In this document: in pieces, positions 37,547 through 47,430 of the stretch
How positions within the stretch are numbered: position 1 is the first letter of the stretch
How the letters are laid out: the number at the start of each line of letters is the position of its first letter
Assembly: GCA_964645605.1 (NCBI GenBank)
Contig: CAZYCE010000001.1
Span: forward strand, 128,063 to 192,062
DNA length: 64,000 nt
From: an uncultured Gammaproteobacteria bacterium
Lineage (GTDB): Bacteria; Patescibacteriota; Microgenomatia; UBA8517
Direction of reading: 5' to 3'
Notes under the pieces: generated by a model
Told to the model about the DNA's origin: nothing
Databases searched by the model: none
The model's input: the letters and a program-made list of their open reading frames with translations, nothing else
Program-made: the position numbers and the translations under genes

Positions 37547-39256
37547 GTGAGTATGGATCTAACTACCTTTGCGGGCTATTTAGACAAACTTGAAAAAACC
37601 GCATCAAGACTCGAGATAACGCAAATTTTATCAAACTTGCTTAAAGAGGCTTCCTCTTCCGAAATTGACAAAGCAGTATATTTGTCCTTGGGTGTTTTGG
37701 CGCCAAATTATGAAGGAGTTATCTTAAATTTGGCCGAAAAAATGATGCTCAGGGTGCTTTCTTTGGCGTATGGTATTTCCCTGGATGAGGTTAAATCAGA
37801 ATACAAAAGAAAGGGGGATATAGGAAACGTTGCTCAAGAACTAAGCGAAAAGCAAGGGTTCAAGGGTGAAAGTGTGTCGGTGGCGGAGATTTATGAAAAT
37901 CTTTTTGCGATAGCAAAGGACTCCGGGGAGGGGTCTCAGGATCGGAAAATTGAAAAAATGGCCAAAATTCTCTCGGAGATTGACCCTGAAAGCGCCCGGT
38001 TTATTGCCAGAATTCCGGTGGGTAGGCTCAGGCTTGGTTTTTCAGAAAAAACCGTGCTTGATGCACTTTCTTCGATGAGCGGAGTACCGAGTACTGAAAT
38101 TGAAAGTGCATACAATATTCATCCCGATATTGGTTATATTGCCAAACTTGTTAAAGACAATAAACTTGAATCGGCTGTGCCGGAAATAGGGGTTCCTGTT
38201 GTTCCGATGCTTGCAGCCAGGCTAAATTCTCCCACGGAAATGATCAAAAAGATGGGTGAAGTTTCGGTAGAACCCAAATTTGACGGTTTAAGAATTTTTA
38301 TTCATTACAAAAAGAAGGGAGATGTTGTGAAGATCTTTACCCGCAACATGAATTCGATTCCCCTTGAGACATTTCCGGAATTAAAAGATGTGGGCAAGTT
38401 TATAAAAGCGAGGGATGCAATACTTGATTCTGAAGCTATTGGGGTAGATCCTGAGCGCGAAATGTTTTTGGATTTCCAGAAAACAATTCAAAGACGAAGA
38501 AAGTACGAGATTACCAAAAACGCATCCGAGATTCCTCTTCAGTTCCAGGTTTTTGATATATTGCTTCTTAATGGCAAAAGTATGATTCAGGTGCCGTATT
38601 TAGACCGCCGTGAAGCGCTTAAGAAGGTGGTTGTTAATGACTCACTTTTGAAAGTTGATGAGAATACTGTTACAAGCGATCCCGAGGTGATAAAGGAACT
38701 CCATCAAAAATATCTCAAAAAAAACCTCGAGGGAGTGGTTGTTAAAAAAACTAAAGCAGGATATATTTCCGGGCGAACCGGTTGGAATTGGGTAAAGATG
38801 AAAGAAGTTGAAGGGACTCGCGGAAAACTTTCCGATACTATCGACTGCGTAATCATGGGATATACTGCCGGGAAAGGGAAGAGAGCGGACTTTGGGATGG
38901 GGCAATTTTTAGCAGGGATAAGGGATGGGGACAAGTTTAAGACGTTGACAAAGGTGGGAACAGGGTTAACTGATGAACAATTTAAAGAACTTAAAAAAAG
39001 GCTTTTTAAGATTTCTTCGGTAAGCAAGCCAAAAGAATACGAGGTGGATAAAGACTTAATCCCCGATTTCTGGGTTATGCCAAAAGTTGTGGTTGAGCTT
39101 GCAGCCGATGAAATTACAATCAGTCCCAAGCACACGGCAGGCCTTGCCTTGAGATTTCCCAGACTGGTTAGGTTTCGCGATGACAGAGGTGCCTCCGATA
39201 TTACTTCATTGAGCGAGCTGAAAGACCTATTTAGATTGCAGAAAAGTTCCAGTTGA
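37547..39256 (+). CDS. ATP-dependent DNA ligase
   Basis: EPKFDGLR (KxDGxR), EGVVVK, WVKMK and LRFPR motifs. Confidence 0.96.
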   Translation: MSMDLTTFAGYLDKLEKTASRLEITQILSNLLKEASSSEIDKAVYLSLGVLAPNYEGVILNLAEKMMLRVLSLAYGISLDEVKSEYKRKGDIGNVAQELSEKQGFKGESVSVAEIYENLFAIAKDSGEGSQDRKIEKMAKILSEIDPESARFIARIPVGRLRLGFSEKTVLDALSSMSGVPSTEIESAYNIHPDIGYIAKLVKDNKLESAVPEIGVPVVPMLAARLNSPTEMIKKMGEVSVEPKFDGLRIFIHYKKKGDVVKIFTRNMNSIPLETFPELKDVGKFIKARDAILDSEAIGVDPEREMFLDFQKTIQRRRKYEITKNASEIPLQFQVFDILLLNGKSMIQVPYLDRREALKKVVVNDSLLKVDENTVTSDPEVIKELHQKYLKKNLEGVVVKKTKAGYISGRTGWNWVKMKEVEGTRGKLSDTIDCVIMGYTAGKGKRADFGMGQFLAGIRDGDKFKTLTKVGTGLTDEQFKELKKRLFKISSVSKPKEYEVDKDLIPDFWVMPKVVVELAADEITISPKHTAGLALRFPRLVRFRDDRGASDITSLSELKDLFRLQKSSS

Positions 39257-39413
39257 CCAGAGTGCCAAATTTGTGAAAAGATAATAATAGTTTGGGGCAT
39301 GCCATTCTGAAGCCCGGTCTAGATATAGACCCTCCTTCGCCAAGGCTATAGAAGGGTTGCCTATTATCGATAAAACATATATAAAGGCGGAGGGCGAAAG
39401 GTGGTGATCATTT

Positions 39414-39743
39414 ATGGCAGCAGCCGAGAAAAGTTTTAAAAAGGAAACGGCAGGGGCATTATCCTATGTTTTGGGACCGGTCACGGGGATATTTTTTTTG
39501 GTAACCAATAAAGACCCTTTTGTCAGGTTCCACGCAAAGCAATCTACGGTAGTTTTTACCATACTACCTGTATTACAGTGGGTTTTGGGAATTACCATTA
39601 TTTTTATCCCGTTATCAGTAGTTGTTGGACTTGTCATCTTTATTCTTTGGCTTATTTTGATTTATAAAGCCTGGCAAGGACAAGAATGGGAAGTCCCTTT
39701 CTTGGGCAAGATATCCAGGAACTTGCTAAAGAAGGTAAAATAA
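39414..39743 (+). CDS. DUF4870-like membrane protein
   Basis: ALSYVLG...FVRFHAKQS...KAWQG..W.VPFLG pattern. Confidence 0.75.
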   Translation: MAAAEKSFKKETAGALSYVLGPVTGIFFLVTNKDPFVRFHAKQSTVVFTILPVLQWVLGITIIFIPLSVVVGLVIFILWLILIYKAWQGQEWEVPFLGKISRNLLKKVK

Positions 39744-39752
39744 GGTGTCAAA

Positions 39753-40325
39753 GTGTTTAAAGACAGGATCGAGGCGGGCCGGATTCTCGCTCGGGAGCTG
39801 CTCCCCTTCAAAAAAGGGAGTGATTTAGTTGCCGCGATTCCCCGAGGCGGAATTGTTGTTGGATATGAAATCTCTAGGTTATTAAAACTTCCTTTAGTGC
39901 CGCTTGTTGTTAAGAAAGTCCCCACACCGGGCGAGCCTGAGCTTGCTGCCGGGGCGGTCGGGCCGGAAGGGTTCTCCACAGGTAAAAAAAGCAGAAAGAT
40001 AGAAAAAAAGGTTTCCGAAAGAATTGAAAAATACGGCCGGCAAACGGATTTTGAGGGAAAAAGAATAATTCTTACCGACGACGGGGTGGCAACTGGCGCA
40101 ACAATCGAAACCGCGGTTTTTTATCTGAAGGAAAAGAAGGTGGCGCTAATTACAGTTGCCGTGCCGGTTGTGACTAAAAAGGGGTTTGAAAGATTGGCAC
40201 TCTTAGCTGACAGAATTGTGGCGATAACGGCCCCGGGTGAATTTACCTCGATAGGCGAATTTTACGAAAATTTTACTCAGGTTACGGATGAGGAAGTGAT
40301 ACAATTGCTTCAGAGACAAAAATGA
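39753..40325 (+). CDS. Phosphoribosyltransferase-family protein
   Basis: FKDRIEAG, IPRGG, LTDDGVATGAT and FTQVTDEEV motifs. Confidence 0.9.
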   Translation: MFKDRIEAGRILARELLPFKKGSDLVAAIPRGGIVVGYEISRLLKLPLVPLVVKKVPTPGEPELAAGAVGPEGFSTGKKSRKIEKKVSERIEKYGRQTDFEGKRIILTDDGVATGATIETAVFYLKEKKVALITVAVPVVTKKGFERLALLADRIVAITAPGEFTSIGEFYENFTQVTDEEVIQLLQRQK

Positions 40326-40825
40326 AATTAATAATAGGAATTGGAAATCCGGGAGAAGATTACGCAAAAACAAGGCATAATGTCGGCCATATGTTTATTG
40401 ACCAGCTAAAAATCGAAATTTCGAAATCCAAATTTCTAATTTCTAATCAAATCTTAATTTTTAAATCTCAAAACTTCATGAATGAATCCGGTAATTTTGT
40501 CAGCGAATTAATTCATCGATATAAAATCCACCCATCGGATTTATATATTGTTCACGATGATTTAGATATTTTACTTGGAAAATATAAAATTCAGTTCGGC
40601 AAAGGTCCCAAAGATCATAACGGTCTGAATTCGATTAATGAGGCTCTCAGAGGAAATGAATACTGGCATGTGAGAATCGGAGTGGACAATAGATCGACTG
40701 ATTCGCGTCCGATGGGGGAAGAATATGTCCTGCAAAGTTTTTCTGATGAAGAAACTGTCATAATTGAGAAAACCATAAAAGAAGCATGCAAAAAATTGGA
40801 GACATTGTTAAAAAATACAAATTAG
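40322..40825 (+). CDS. pth: Peptidyl-tRNA hydrolase
   Basis: GIGNPG..Y..TRHNVG, FMNESG, HDDLD, HNGL and RIGV motifs. Confidence 0.96.
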   Translation: MKLIIGIGNPGEDYAKTRHNVGHMFIDQLKIEISKSKFLISNQILIFKSQNFMNESGNFVSELIHRYKIHPSDLYIVHDDLDILLGKYKIQFGKGPKDHNGLNSINEALRGNEYWHVRIGVDNRSTDSRPMGEEYVLQSFSDEETVIIEKTIKEACKKLETLLKNTN

Positions 40826-41067
40826 AGGATAGGGACAAGTATGTAAGCCGGGAGTTTCAAAAGTATGCTTACGACCTCGCGGTTGAACTTAATGATTTGT
40901 CACATAAATCCCTCTACATGAAGCTAGCTAAAGATACTCCGCGAATTTTAATGGAAAAAGCTAGAAGTTTTGTTAAGGATGCTACAAATGCGAGATCAAA
41001 AGGAAAGCTGTTTATGTGGAAATTGCAGCAGTTGAAAGCTGAAGCGAAAGTAAAAAAGAACACGTAG
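40786..41067 (+). CDS. Hypothetical protein
   Basis: 93-aa operonic ORF. Confidence 0.7.
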   Translation: MQKIGDIVKKYKLEDRDKYVSREFQKYAYDLAVELNDLSHKSLYMKLAKDTPRILMEKARSFVKDATNARSKGKLFMWKLQQLKAEAKVKKNT

Positions 41068-41084
41068 AAAAAATTTTCACCGGA

Positions 41085-41408
41085 ATGAAAAATGATAATT
41101 TTTTTAAAATGGTTTATCAGGTTGTCAGAGGAATCCCTCTGGGGCTTGTAATGAGCTACGGACAAATTGCTCAAGAACTTGATATGCCCCGTGCGGCTCG
41201 TGAAGTTGGCTGGGCATTGAGCCGGGTCAGGGACGGCGATATTGTTCCTTGGTGGAGAGTAGTTAATAATCAAGGCAGAGTGAGCATCAAAGGTAAATAT
41301 TCAGCCGAAGAACAGCGTCAGCTACTGATCCAGGAAGGTATAGAAATTCTTGACGATTTTACTTTTGATATAGAAAAATACAGATACACTCCTGGGGAAA
41401 GTAGTTAA
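41085..41408 (+). CDS. Alkyltransferase-like (ATL/MGMT family) protein
   Basis: SYGQIA, AAREVG and PWWRV (Trp in place of the catalytic Cys). Confidence 0.9.
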   Translation: MKNDNFFKMVYQVVRGIPLGLVMSYGQIAQELDMPRAAREVGWALSRVRDGDIVPWWRVVNNQGRVSIKGKYSAEEQRQLLIQEGIEILDDFTFDIEKYRYTPGESS

Positions 41409-41437
41409 AAAATGTGACATAATGAGTACATACTGCC

Positions 41438-41971
41438 ATGAAACGGGAACTGTTTATTCACTTTGCTTTTTGGTTTGCGTTTTTTGTCTTGATCTCCATT
41501 TTTAAAAATTATTTGTCCTTGTCCTACTGGCCGTTTTGGGTTGGGGGAATCGTTGGGAATTTCCTTCCTGATATCGATCATTTGATTTATGTTTTCTTCT
41601 TAAATCCGCAGGAGTTAACTTCACAGAGAGTCAACTTCCTTATTAAAAAACGCGAAATCTCAAGGGTATTATCTCTTCTTTATGAAACAAGAAGAGAGAG
41701 GCTAGGACTAGTTTTTCACACATTCATATTTCAAATAATATTTTATGTTTTTTCGTTCTTTATAGTTACCTCAACTACGTCAATTTTTGTACATGGAATA
41801 GTCATCGCACTATCAATGCATCTTGCTGTCGATCAGTTGGTGGATTATTTAGAGATGAAGAATTTGAGTAATTGGGGACAGCTATTTTCTCCAGAGGTCG
41901 ATTTACGAATGGCCGGTTTTTACGTTTCCGCAGCATTTCTGCTAGCTACTTTGATGGGGGTTCTGATCTAG
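41438..41971 (+). CDS. Membrane metal-dependent hydrolase-like protein
   Basis: LPDIDH, FH and HL..D motifs; multi-TM. Confidence 0.7.
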   Translation: MKRELFIHFAFWFAFFVLISIFKNYLSLSYWPFWVGGIVGNFLPDIDHLIYVFFLNPQELTSQRVNFLIKKREISRVLSLLYETRRERLGLVFHTFIFQIIFYVFSFFIVTSTTSIFVHGIVIALSMHLAVDQLVDYLEMKNLSNWGQLFSPEVDLRMAGFYVSAAFLLATLMGVLI

Positions 41972-41975
41972 GTTT

Positions 41976-42503
41976 TTATTCTTTGCAGCAGTCGAGGGCT
42001 TTGTCTATTATGTCCCCGATTTTGGAAAAAACCGAGCTCGAGGTAGTTTTACTATTTTTATCATTTGCAAATGTAATTTTTTCTCGCATTTGCTTAGAGT
42101 CAGAAAATTTCGAAAGGTTTAAAGCCCAAAATAAAGAATATAGCTTGTAGGATTTTTCGAAGAGGAAGTTTGCTTCCTTTTTATTGCCTTTTTTAAGCTC
42201 CTTGGTGCCTACTTCCATCATTCTCATAGAACTTGAAAGTAGGTGTTTACTAATGCACCAAACCTCTCCCGCAGGATCTTTGACAATATTCTTCATCAGA
42301 TCTGTTCTCATCAGCCTGACCTCGTTGAGAAGGTCGAGATATTTTTCATCGCCCGTTTTTTGGGATGTAAAAAATAGATGCTCTTCGATGGAAATTAAGT
42401 TCATTATTCCGATAGAAAGGTCTTCGCCGGAGGAGAGGTCGATGTTTTTATCAATTTTTACTTTCTCGACCGCCTTTAATAATTCTTTATAGTTTTTAAA
42501 CAT
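41976..42503 (-). CDS. Hypothetical protein with C-terminal DCCKE
   Basis: 175-aa ORF with EEHL and WCISKH; last gene of the minus-strand copper-associated operon. Confidence 0.75.
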   Translation of the reverse strand: MFKNYKELLKAVEKVKIDKNIDLSSGEDLSIGIMNLISIEEHLFFTSQKTGDEKYLDLLNEVRLMRTDLMKNIVKDPAGEVWCISKHLLSSSMRMMEVGTKELKKGNKKEANFLFEKSYKLYSLFWALNLSKFSDSKQMREKITFANDKNSKTTSSSVFSKIGDIIDKALDCCKE

Positions 42504-42511
42504 ATAATTAA

Positions 42512-42952
42512 TTATTTAGTAATTAACCAAAAAACAATAGAACCAATTATAAGACCAATTATAGGGAATACAACTTTTTGAAATTGAAACAGTTGTTTTC
42601 CTTTTATTTTTCTTTCCTTTTTATCTGCCCACGCACCGATAAGGAAAAGTATAGAACCGACTATCGTTCCCAAAATAATTTTGTCTATTCCCCAAAGACG
42701 GTTTAAAGGAAGTCCTATTGAGTGATTCATTTTAAGTGGAAGAAATACAAGTAAATACATTAAGGCAACAATAGGGAGAGTAAAACGTCTAATTTTTATC
42801 TTTGGCCACTTTTTTTCAATCCAATTTAGTGTTGCAAATGAAAAGGAAAGGACGAAAGCTCCAATCCAAATTGAGACAACGGTATCGTCAATGCCTAGAA
42901 GTCTGGAAAGACCTAATCCTGCAATGACGGTTACTGTACAAACAGGGCACAT
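42512..42952 (-). CDS. Hypothetical membrane protein with N-terminal CPVC
   Basis: MCPVC followed by about four TM segments. Confidence 0.75.
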   Translation of the reverse strand: MCPVCTVTVIAGLGLSRLLGIDDTVVSIWIGAFVLSFSFATLNWIEKKWPKIKIRRFTLPIVALMYLLVFLPLKMNHSIGLPLNRLWGIDKIILGTIVGSILFLIGAWADKKERKIKGKQLFQFQKVVFPIIGLIIGSIVFWLITK

Positions 42953-43004
42953 ATTATAAAAAACTTACAATTTACAATTTACAAATAAAACTTCAATTTT
43001 ACAA

Positions 43005-43211
43005 TTAGGAAACAGAGTATCCGGACTTTTTAATCACCTCGATTACTTTTCTCTCATCGTGTTTGCCCTCAACTTCCAGTGATGAATTAGCATAGGAGCA
43101 TTTTGCATTTATTCCGGCATCCTCCAGATCAAGTTCAATCATGGCTGCGCAACTGGCACAGTGCATGCCGGTAATTTTGTAAATTTTTTTGGTCGATTCA
43201 AGTTTTGTCAT
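43005..43211 (-). CDS. Heavy-metal-associated (CopZ-like) chaperone
   Basis: GMHCASC motif. Confidence 0.88.
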   Translation of the reverse strand: MTKLESTKKIYKITGMHCASCAAMIELDLEDAGINAKCSYANSSLEVEGKHDERKVIEVIKKSGYSVS

Positions 43212-43215
43212 AAAT

Positions 43216-44220
43216 TTATTCAATTATATTAAATGATCCAGTGTACATTCCCATACTACAAGTGTAGGTCAGGTTCCCGAGTTTCCTGGGTGTAAACTCC
43301 AAGACTTTCGTTCCCGTTTGGGGAAGAAGTTCGGATATTTCATAATCGGGAATAGTAAAAGCCCTTGAGCAACCGGCGACTCCATTCATGACAAGTGTGA
43401 GCTTAACGGGGACCCCTGCTTTGAGTGTTTTGACATCTGAAGAGTAGCCTCGGGATGTAACAGTAATTGTTGCCTCCTGAAACCCGTCGGCAACCCTAGC
43501 TGAGACTTCGGATCCAGAATTTTCTTCAAATGCGGCTTTCCGGTAATTTTGAATAGTGTGCACCGAGCCCCTAAGAACCTGACCGCTATTAATGGAAATT
43601 ATCCCCAAAACTGCAACAACGACGGCGGCAAGAACGGCAAAAGTTTTACGCTTCAAAAGCTCCGTTGTGGCGGATCCTATTACAAAAAATACAGGGGAAG
43701 TTCCTAGAATAAAGAAGAAAAGAATAAGTGAGGAGATAACGGGGTTTCCTGCCGAAATTGACAAAAGCATCATAGCCTGAGTCACGCCGCAGGGGATAAG
43801 TACGGTCAAAGTTCCCAAAAATGCTGGCGTAAAAAATGATTTAACTTTTGTTTGGTTTCTTAAAAGCTTAAAAATAAACTTGGGAGGAGTAATCACAAAG
43901 TGTTTAAAGAGGGGATGTAAATTTGCAAGGTTTGCTGCAGTTATAAGCATGTATACGCCGATTGCTATCTGAAATATTCCCTGGACTTTCGGTGTAACTA
44001 TTAATTTTGCGCCGAGGAGTCCCAGGCCAAATCCGAGAGTAGTATAGGCAATAAGCTTGGCGATAAGGAAAACTATCAGACTTTGATTTTTGAATTTTTT
44101 AGATATATTAATTTCTTCATCGGTGGCGATTGCTGAGGCAAGAAGACTGCCCTGAACGGCAAAACAAGAAACACCGCCCGTAGTTAACCCCGTAATGAAT
44201 GCGAGAAAATATTGGTTCAT
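43216..44220 (-). CDS. DsbD_2/TauE-like membrane protein fused to a cupredoxin domain
   Basis: GG.SC..VQG and LIPCG TM motifs; C-terminal GC and YTCSMGMY; ATG at 44220. Confidence 0.85.
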   Translation of the reverse strand: MNQYFLAFITGLTTGGVSCFAVQGSLLASAIATDEEINISKKFKNQSLIVFLIAKLIAYTTLGFGLGLLGAKLIVTPKVQGIFQIAIGVYMLITAANLANLHPLFKHFVITPPKFIFKLLRNQTKVKSFFTPAFLGTLTVLIPCGVTQAMMLLSISAGNPVISSLILFFFILGTSPVFFVIGSATTELLKRKTFAVLAAVVVAVLGIISINSGQVLRGSVHTIQNYRKAAFEENSGSEVSARVADGFQEATITVTSRGYSSDVKTLKAGVPVKLTLVMNGVAGCSRAFTIPDYEISELLPQTGTKVLEFTPRKLGNLTYTCSMGMYTGSFNIIE

Positions 44221-44223
44221 TGT

Positions 44224-44277
44224 TTGACATTTAGCATAGAGAAGTTCTATACTAATGTCAATCCCCCCCGGGGGGAT
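44224..44277. promoter_or_regulatory. Overlapping divergent promoters and CsoR operator
   Basis: Plus strand TTGACA(44224)..TATACT(44248); minus strand TTGACA(44261-44256)..TATGCT(44238-44233); G/C-tract palindrome ATCCCCCCCGGGGGGAT 44261-44277. Confidence 0.75.
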
Positions 44278-44289
44278 GCCAAAAAAACC

Positions 44290-44562
44290 ATGCAAATACA
44301 CCACAGTGAGGATACAAAAAAAGAAATAATTCACAGACTCCTGATTGCCAAGGGGCACTTGGAGAAAGTGATCTCTATGGTTGAAAAGGACGATTACTGT
44401 ATTGATATTGTTCACCAGTCAATCGCTGTTCAGGCAGCCTTGAAAAAAGCCGATGAGGCGGTATTGGAAAATCATCTGAAGACCTGTGTTGCAGATTCTA
44501 TAAGGCGCGGAGAAACCGATAAGGTAGTGGGAGAGGTTATGGAGGTACTTCAGAAAAAGTAA
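44290..44562 (+). CDS. csoR: CsoR/RcnR-family copper-sensing repressor
   Basis: RL..AKGH, YCIDI..Q and ENHLKTCV (C-H-C ligands). Confidence 0.9.
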   Translation: MQIHHSEDTKKEIIHRLLIAKGHLEKVISMVEKDDYCIDIVHQSIAVQAALKKADEAVLENHLKTCVADSIRRGETDKVVGEVMEVLQKK

Positions 44563-44568
44563 AAGAAT

Positions 44569-44928
44569 ATGATCGATAAAATTTTTGTGGCATTGGCAGG
44601 AGCGTCTCTAGTGGGATTTATTTATTGGTTTTTCTTTGGCAAAAAAACTGAGGCCTATGAGGTTGGCGGCAATAAAATGAATCTCATTGTCGACGGGGGT
44701 TACAAACCCTCCGTTATAAAAGTCAAAAAGGGAATTATGACAACAATTTCGATCTACCGTAAAGACCCCAGTACTTGTTTGGAGGAATTTATTTTGCCGG
44801 ATTTCAAAATCAGCAAATATTTGCCTCTTGGGAAGAATATTGAAATTAAGATTACTCCGACCAAGTCAGGGGAGTTCCCGTTCCATTGCGGAATGAATAT
44901 GTTTCATGGAAAGGTGATAGTTGAATGA
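44569..44928 (+). CDS. Membrane-anchored cupredoxin-domain protein
   Basis: TM, GGYKP, TCLEE and FHCGMNM motifs. Confidence 0.88.
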   Translation: MIDKIFVALAGASLVGFIYWFFFGKKTEAYEVGGNKMNLIVDGGYKPSVIKVKKGIMTTISIYRKDPSTCLEEFILPDFKISKYLPLGKNIEIKITPTKSGEFPFHCGMNMFHGKVIVE

Positions 44929-47039
44929 AAAATACCGTTAAAAAAACATTTCCGATTATCGGTATGCATTGTGCATCATGCGCAAGGCTTATCGAAAGGA
45001 GTCTTGCCAGGGTACCTGGTGTGGTTTCTTCCGCTGTGAATTACGGCAGTGAATCTGCCGCAGTTGAGATAGATGAATATTTGGTCAAGGATGCGGATCT
45101 TGCGAAAGCGGTTGAGGGGACAGGTTATAAAGCAGTGTTTGCGGAAGACGGCGGTAAAAAGACCCCAGATGAGATTAAGGAAGAAGCGAAAGAAAGGGAA
45201 CTTCGGAAGTTGAGGGTAAAAGTTATCGTCTCGGGGATCTTGGCAGCTATAATTTTTTTGGGAAGTTTTTCCGAACTTTTTGGGATTAATCTGAACCCTT
45301 TAATTCTTCTTGCCTTGGCAACTCCGGTTCAGTTTTGGGCGGGACGCGAATTCTATCTTGCGACATGGGCAGGTTTAAAAAACAGGGCCGCCAGCATGGA
45401 CACATTAATTGCAATCGGAACTACCGCCGCATATGGGTATTCAATAGCTTCTATATTCGGGCTTGTTAAAGGAATGTACTTTGACACGGCAGCGGTCATT
45501 ATTGCTCTAATTCTTTTGGGGAGGTTTTTGGAAGCAAAGGCCAAACTTCACACATCAGATTCCATTAAAAAACTCTTAGGTCTTCAGGCAAAAACTGCAC
45601 GGGTTATCCGGGACGGAAAAGAGTTCGACATTTCGATAGAAAAAGTAAAAGTGGGGGATCTCATTCGCGTACGGCCGGGGGAAAAAATACCTGTGGATGG
45701 CGTAATTACTGAAGGGGAAACCTCTATCGATGAATCAATGGTAACAGGAGAGTCGATCCCTGTTGATAAAACAGCCGGAATGAGTGTCATAGGATCAACT
45801 ATCAATAAATCCGGAAGCTTCGTATTTAAAACTACCAAAATAGGACGCGAAACCATGCTTGCGCGTATTGTGGAAATGGTTAAAGAAGCTCAGAGCTCAC
45901 GCGCCCCAATCCAAAGGACGGCCGACCTTGTTTCGTCTTATTTTGTGCCAATTGTTTTAATGATTGCCGTCCTGACATTTGTTGTGTGGTACGTGCTTGG
46001 CTTTCCTGTTTCCGCCTTTATTAATCTAGTGGCAGTACTTATTATTGCCTGCCCGTGTGCAATGGGTCTGGCTACCCCAACCGCAATAATGGTTGGTACC
46101 GGAAAAGGGGCCGAGCAGGGGATTTTGGTAAAAGATGCATCAAGCCTGGAGACAGCGCACAAAATTAATACTATTATCTTCGATAAAACAGGGACCCTGA
46201 CTAGTGGAAAGCCCGTAGTGACCGACATTTCAGACTCCAAAATACTTTCAATTGTGGGGTCGATGGAGCTTGGATCGGAACACTCGTTGGGGGAAACGAT
46301 TCTTACCTACGCAAAGGACAAAAAGGTAAAATTAACCAAGGTAACCGGTTTTAAATCGATTACGGGACGCGGAATTAGGGGCGTAGTAGGCGGCAAAAAA
46401 TATTTTTTTGGAAAGATAGATGAAAAGAGTGATGAAGTTAAAAGACTGGAAGAAGACGGTAAAACAGTAATGGGACTTACCTCCGAAAACAAATTTTTAG
46501 GTTATATAGCCGTTTTAGATGTTTTAAAAGATGGAGTGGTGGGTGTGATTAAAAAATTAAATAAAAAGGGTATTGAGACATGGATGGTAACGGGGGATAA
46601 CGAAAGAACTGCCAAGGCTATCGCAAAACAGGCAGGGATTGAAAATGTGATGGCGGAAGTTCTGCCTGACGAAAAGGCCGCAAAGGTTGGGGAGTTTAAA
46701 AATGTTGCATTTGTAGGCGATGGAGTAAATGACGCCCCGGCGTTAGCAGCGGCAGATATAGGAATCGCCATGGGAACCGGAACTGATGTTGCAATGGAGT
46801 CGGCCGGTATTACACTTTTAAATAAAGATTTTAGTTCTATCTTATCTGCTATCAACTTAAGTAAGGCTACGATGAGCATAATTAAGCAAAATTTGTTTTG
46901 GGCATTCGGATATAACATTATTTTAATTCCGGCTGCCGCGTTTGGGATGCTTAATCCGATGTTGGCATCCTTTGCCATGGCTGCCTCGTCCATCTCGGTA
47001 GTGGGGAATTCCCTGAGGCTCAGGGCTGCCAAAATTTGA
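44925..47039 (+). CDS. copA: Cu(I)-translocating P1B-type ATPase
   Basis: GMHCASC, TGES, CPC, DKTGT, GDGVND, YN and MAASS motifs. Confidence 0.96.
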   Translation: MKNTVKKTFPIIGMHCASCARLIERSLARVPGVVSSAVNYGSESAAVEIDEYLVKDADLAKAVEGTGYKAVFAEDGGKKTPDEIKEEAKERELRKLRVKVIVSGILAAIIFLGSFSELFGINLNPLILLALATPVQFWAGREFYLATWAGLKNRAASMDTLIAIGTTAAYGYSIASIFGLVKGMYFDTAAVIIALILLGRFLEAKAKLHTSDSIKKLLGLQAKTARVIRDGKEFDISIEKVKVGDLIRVRPGEKIPVDGVITEGETSIDESMVTGESIPVDKTAGMSVIGSTINKSGSFVFKTTKIGRETMLARIVEMVKEAQSSRAPIQRTADLVSSYFVPIVLMIAVLTFVVWYVLGFPVSAFINLVAVLIIACPCAMGLATPTAIMVGTGKGAEQGILVKDASSLETAHKINTIIFDKTGTLTSGKPVVTDISDSKILSIVGSMELGSEHSLGETILTYAKDKKVKLTKVTGFKSITGRGIRGVVGGKKYFFGKIDEKSDEVKRLEEDGKTVMGLTSENKFLGYIAVLDVLKDGVVGVIKKLNKKGIETWMVTGDNERTAKAIAKQAGIENVMAEVLPDEKAAKVGEFKNVAFVGDGVNDAPALAAADIGIAMGTGTDVAMESAGITLLNKDFSSILSAINLSKATMSIIKQNLFWAFGYNIILIPAAAFGMLNPMLASFAMAASSISVVGNSLRLRAAKI

Positions 47040-47103
47040 GTTAGGCTCTTGACGCATGTCCCTGTGGAAAGGTATATTGGTCATTAGTACTCTATACAAA
47101 AAA

Positions 47104-47430
47104 ATGGCACTAATTGATTCCACAGACCAAGATTTTGAGACTCAGGTCCTGGGGGCCAAGCTCCCTGTACTTGTCGATTTTTGGGCTACTTGGTGCGGAC
47201 CCTGCAAGATGGCAGCCCCTGTTCTAGATGAGCTTTCGGAAGTATATAAAGACAAAGTTCTGATGGTCAAAATAGACGTTGACAAAAATCAGACAACACC
47301 AAATAGATATGGAATTATGTCTATCCCTACAACAATCCTTTTCAAGGATGGTAAGGAAGTAGGGCGCCAGGTTGGTTTTTCAGGAAAAGAAGCATATGAA
47401 GAGTTAATACAAAAGGGGGTGACATCTTAA
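47104..47430 (+). CDS. trxA: Thioredoxin
   Basis: WCGPC active site. Confidence 0.96.
   Translation: MALIDSTDQDFETQVLGAKLPVLVDFWATWCGPCKMAAPVLDELSEVYKDKVLMVKIDVDKNQTTPNRYGIMSIPTTILFKDGKEVGRQVGFSGKEAYEELIQKGVTS

Noticed and set aside
43216-44562. Long ORF starts at 44415 (-) and 44212 (+)
   Set aside because: They would overlap each other and the promoter/operator; starts at 44220 and 44290 fit the protein families.
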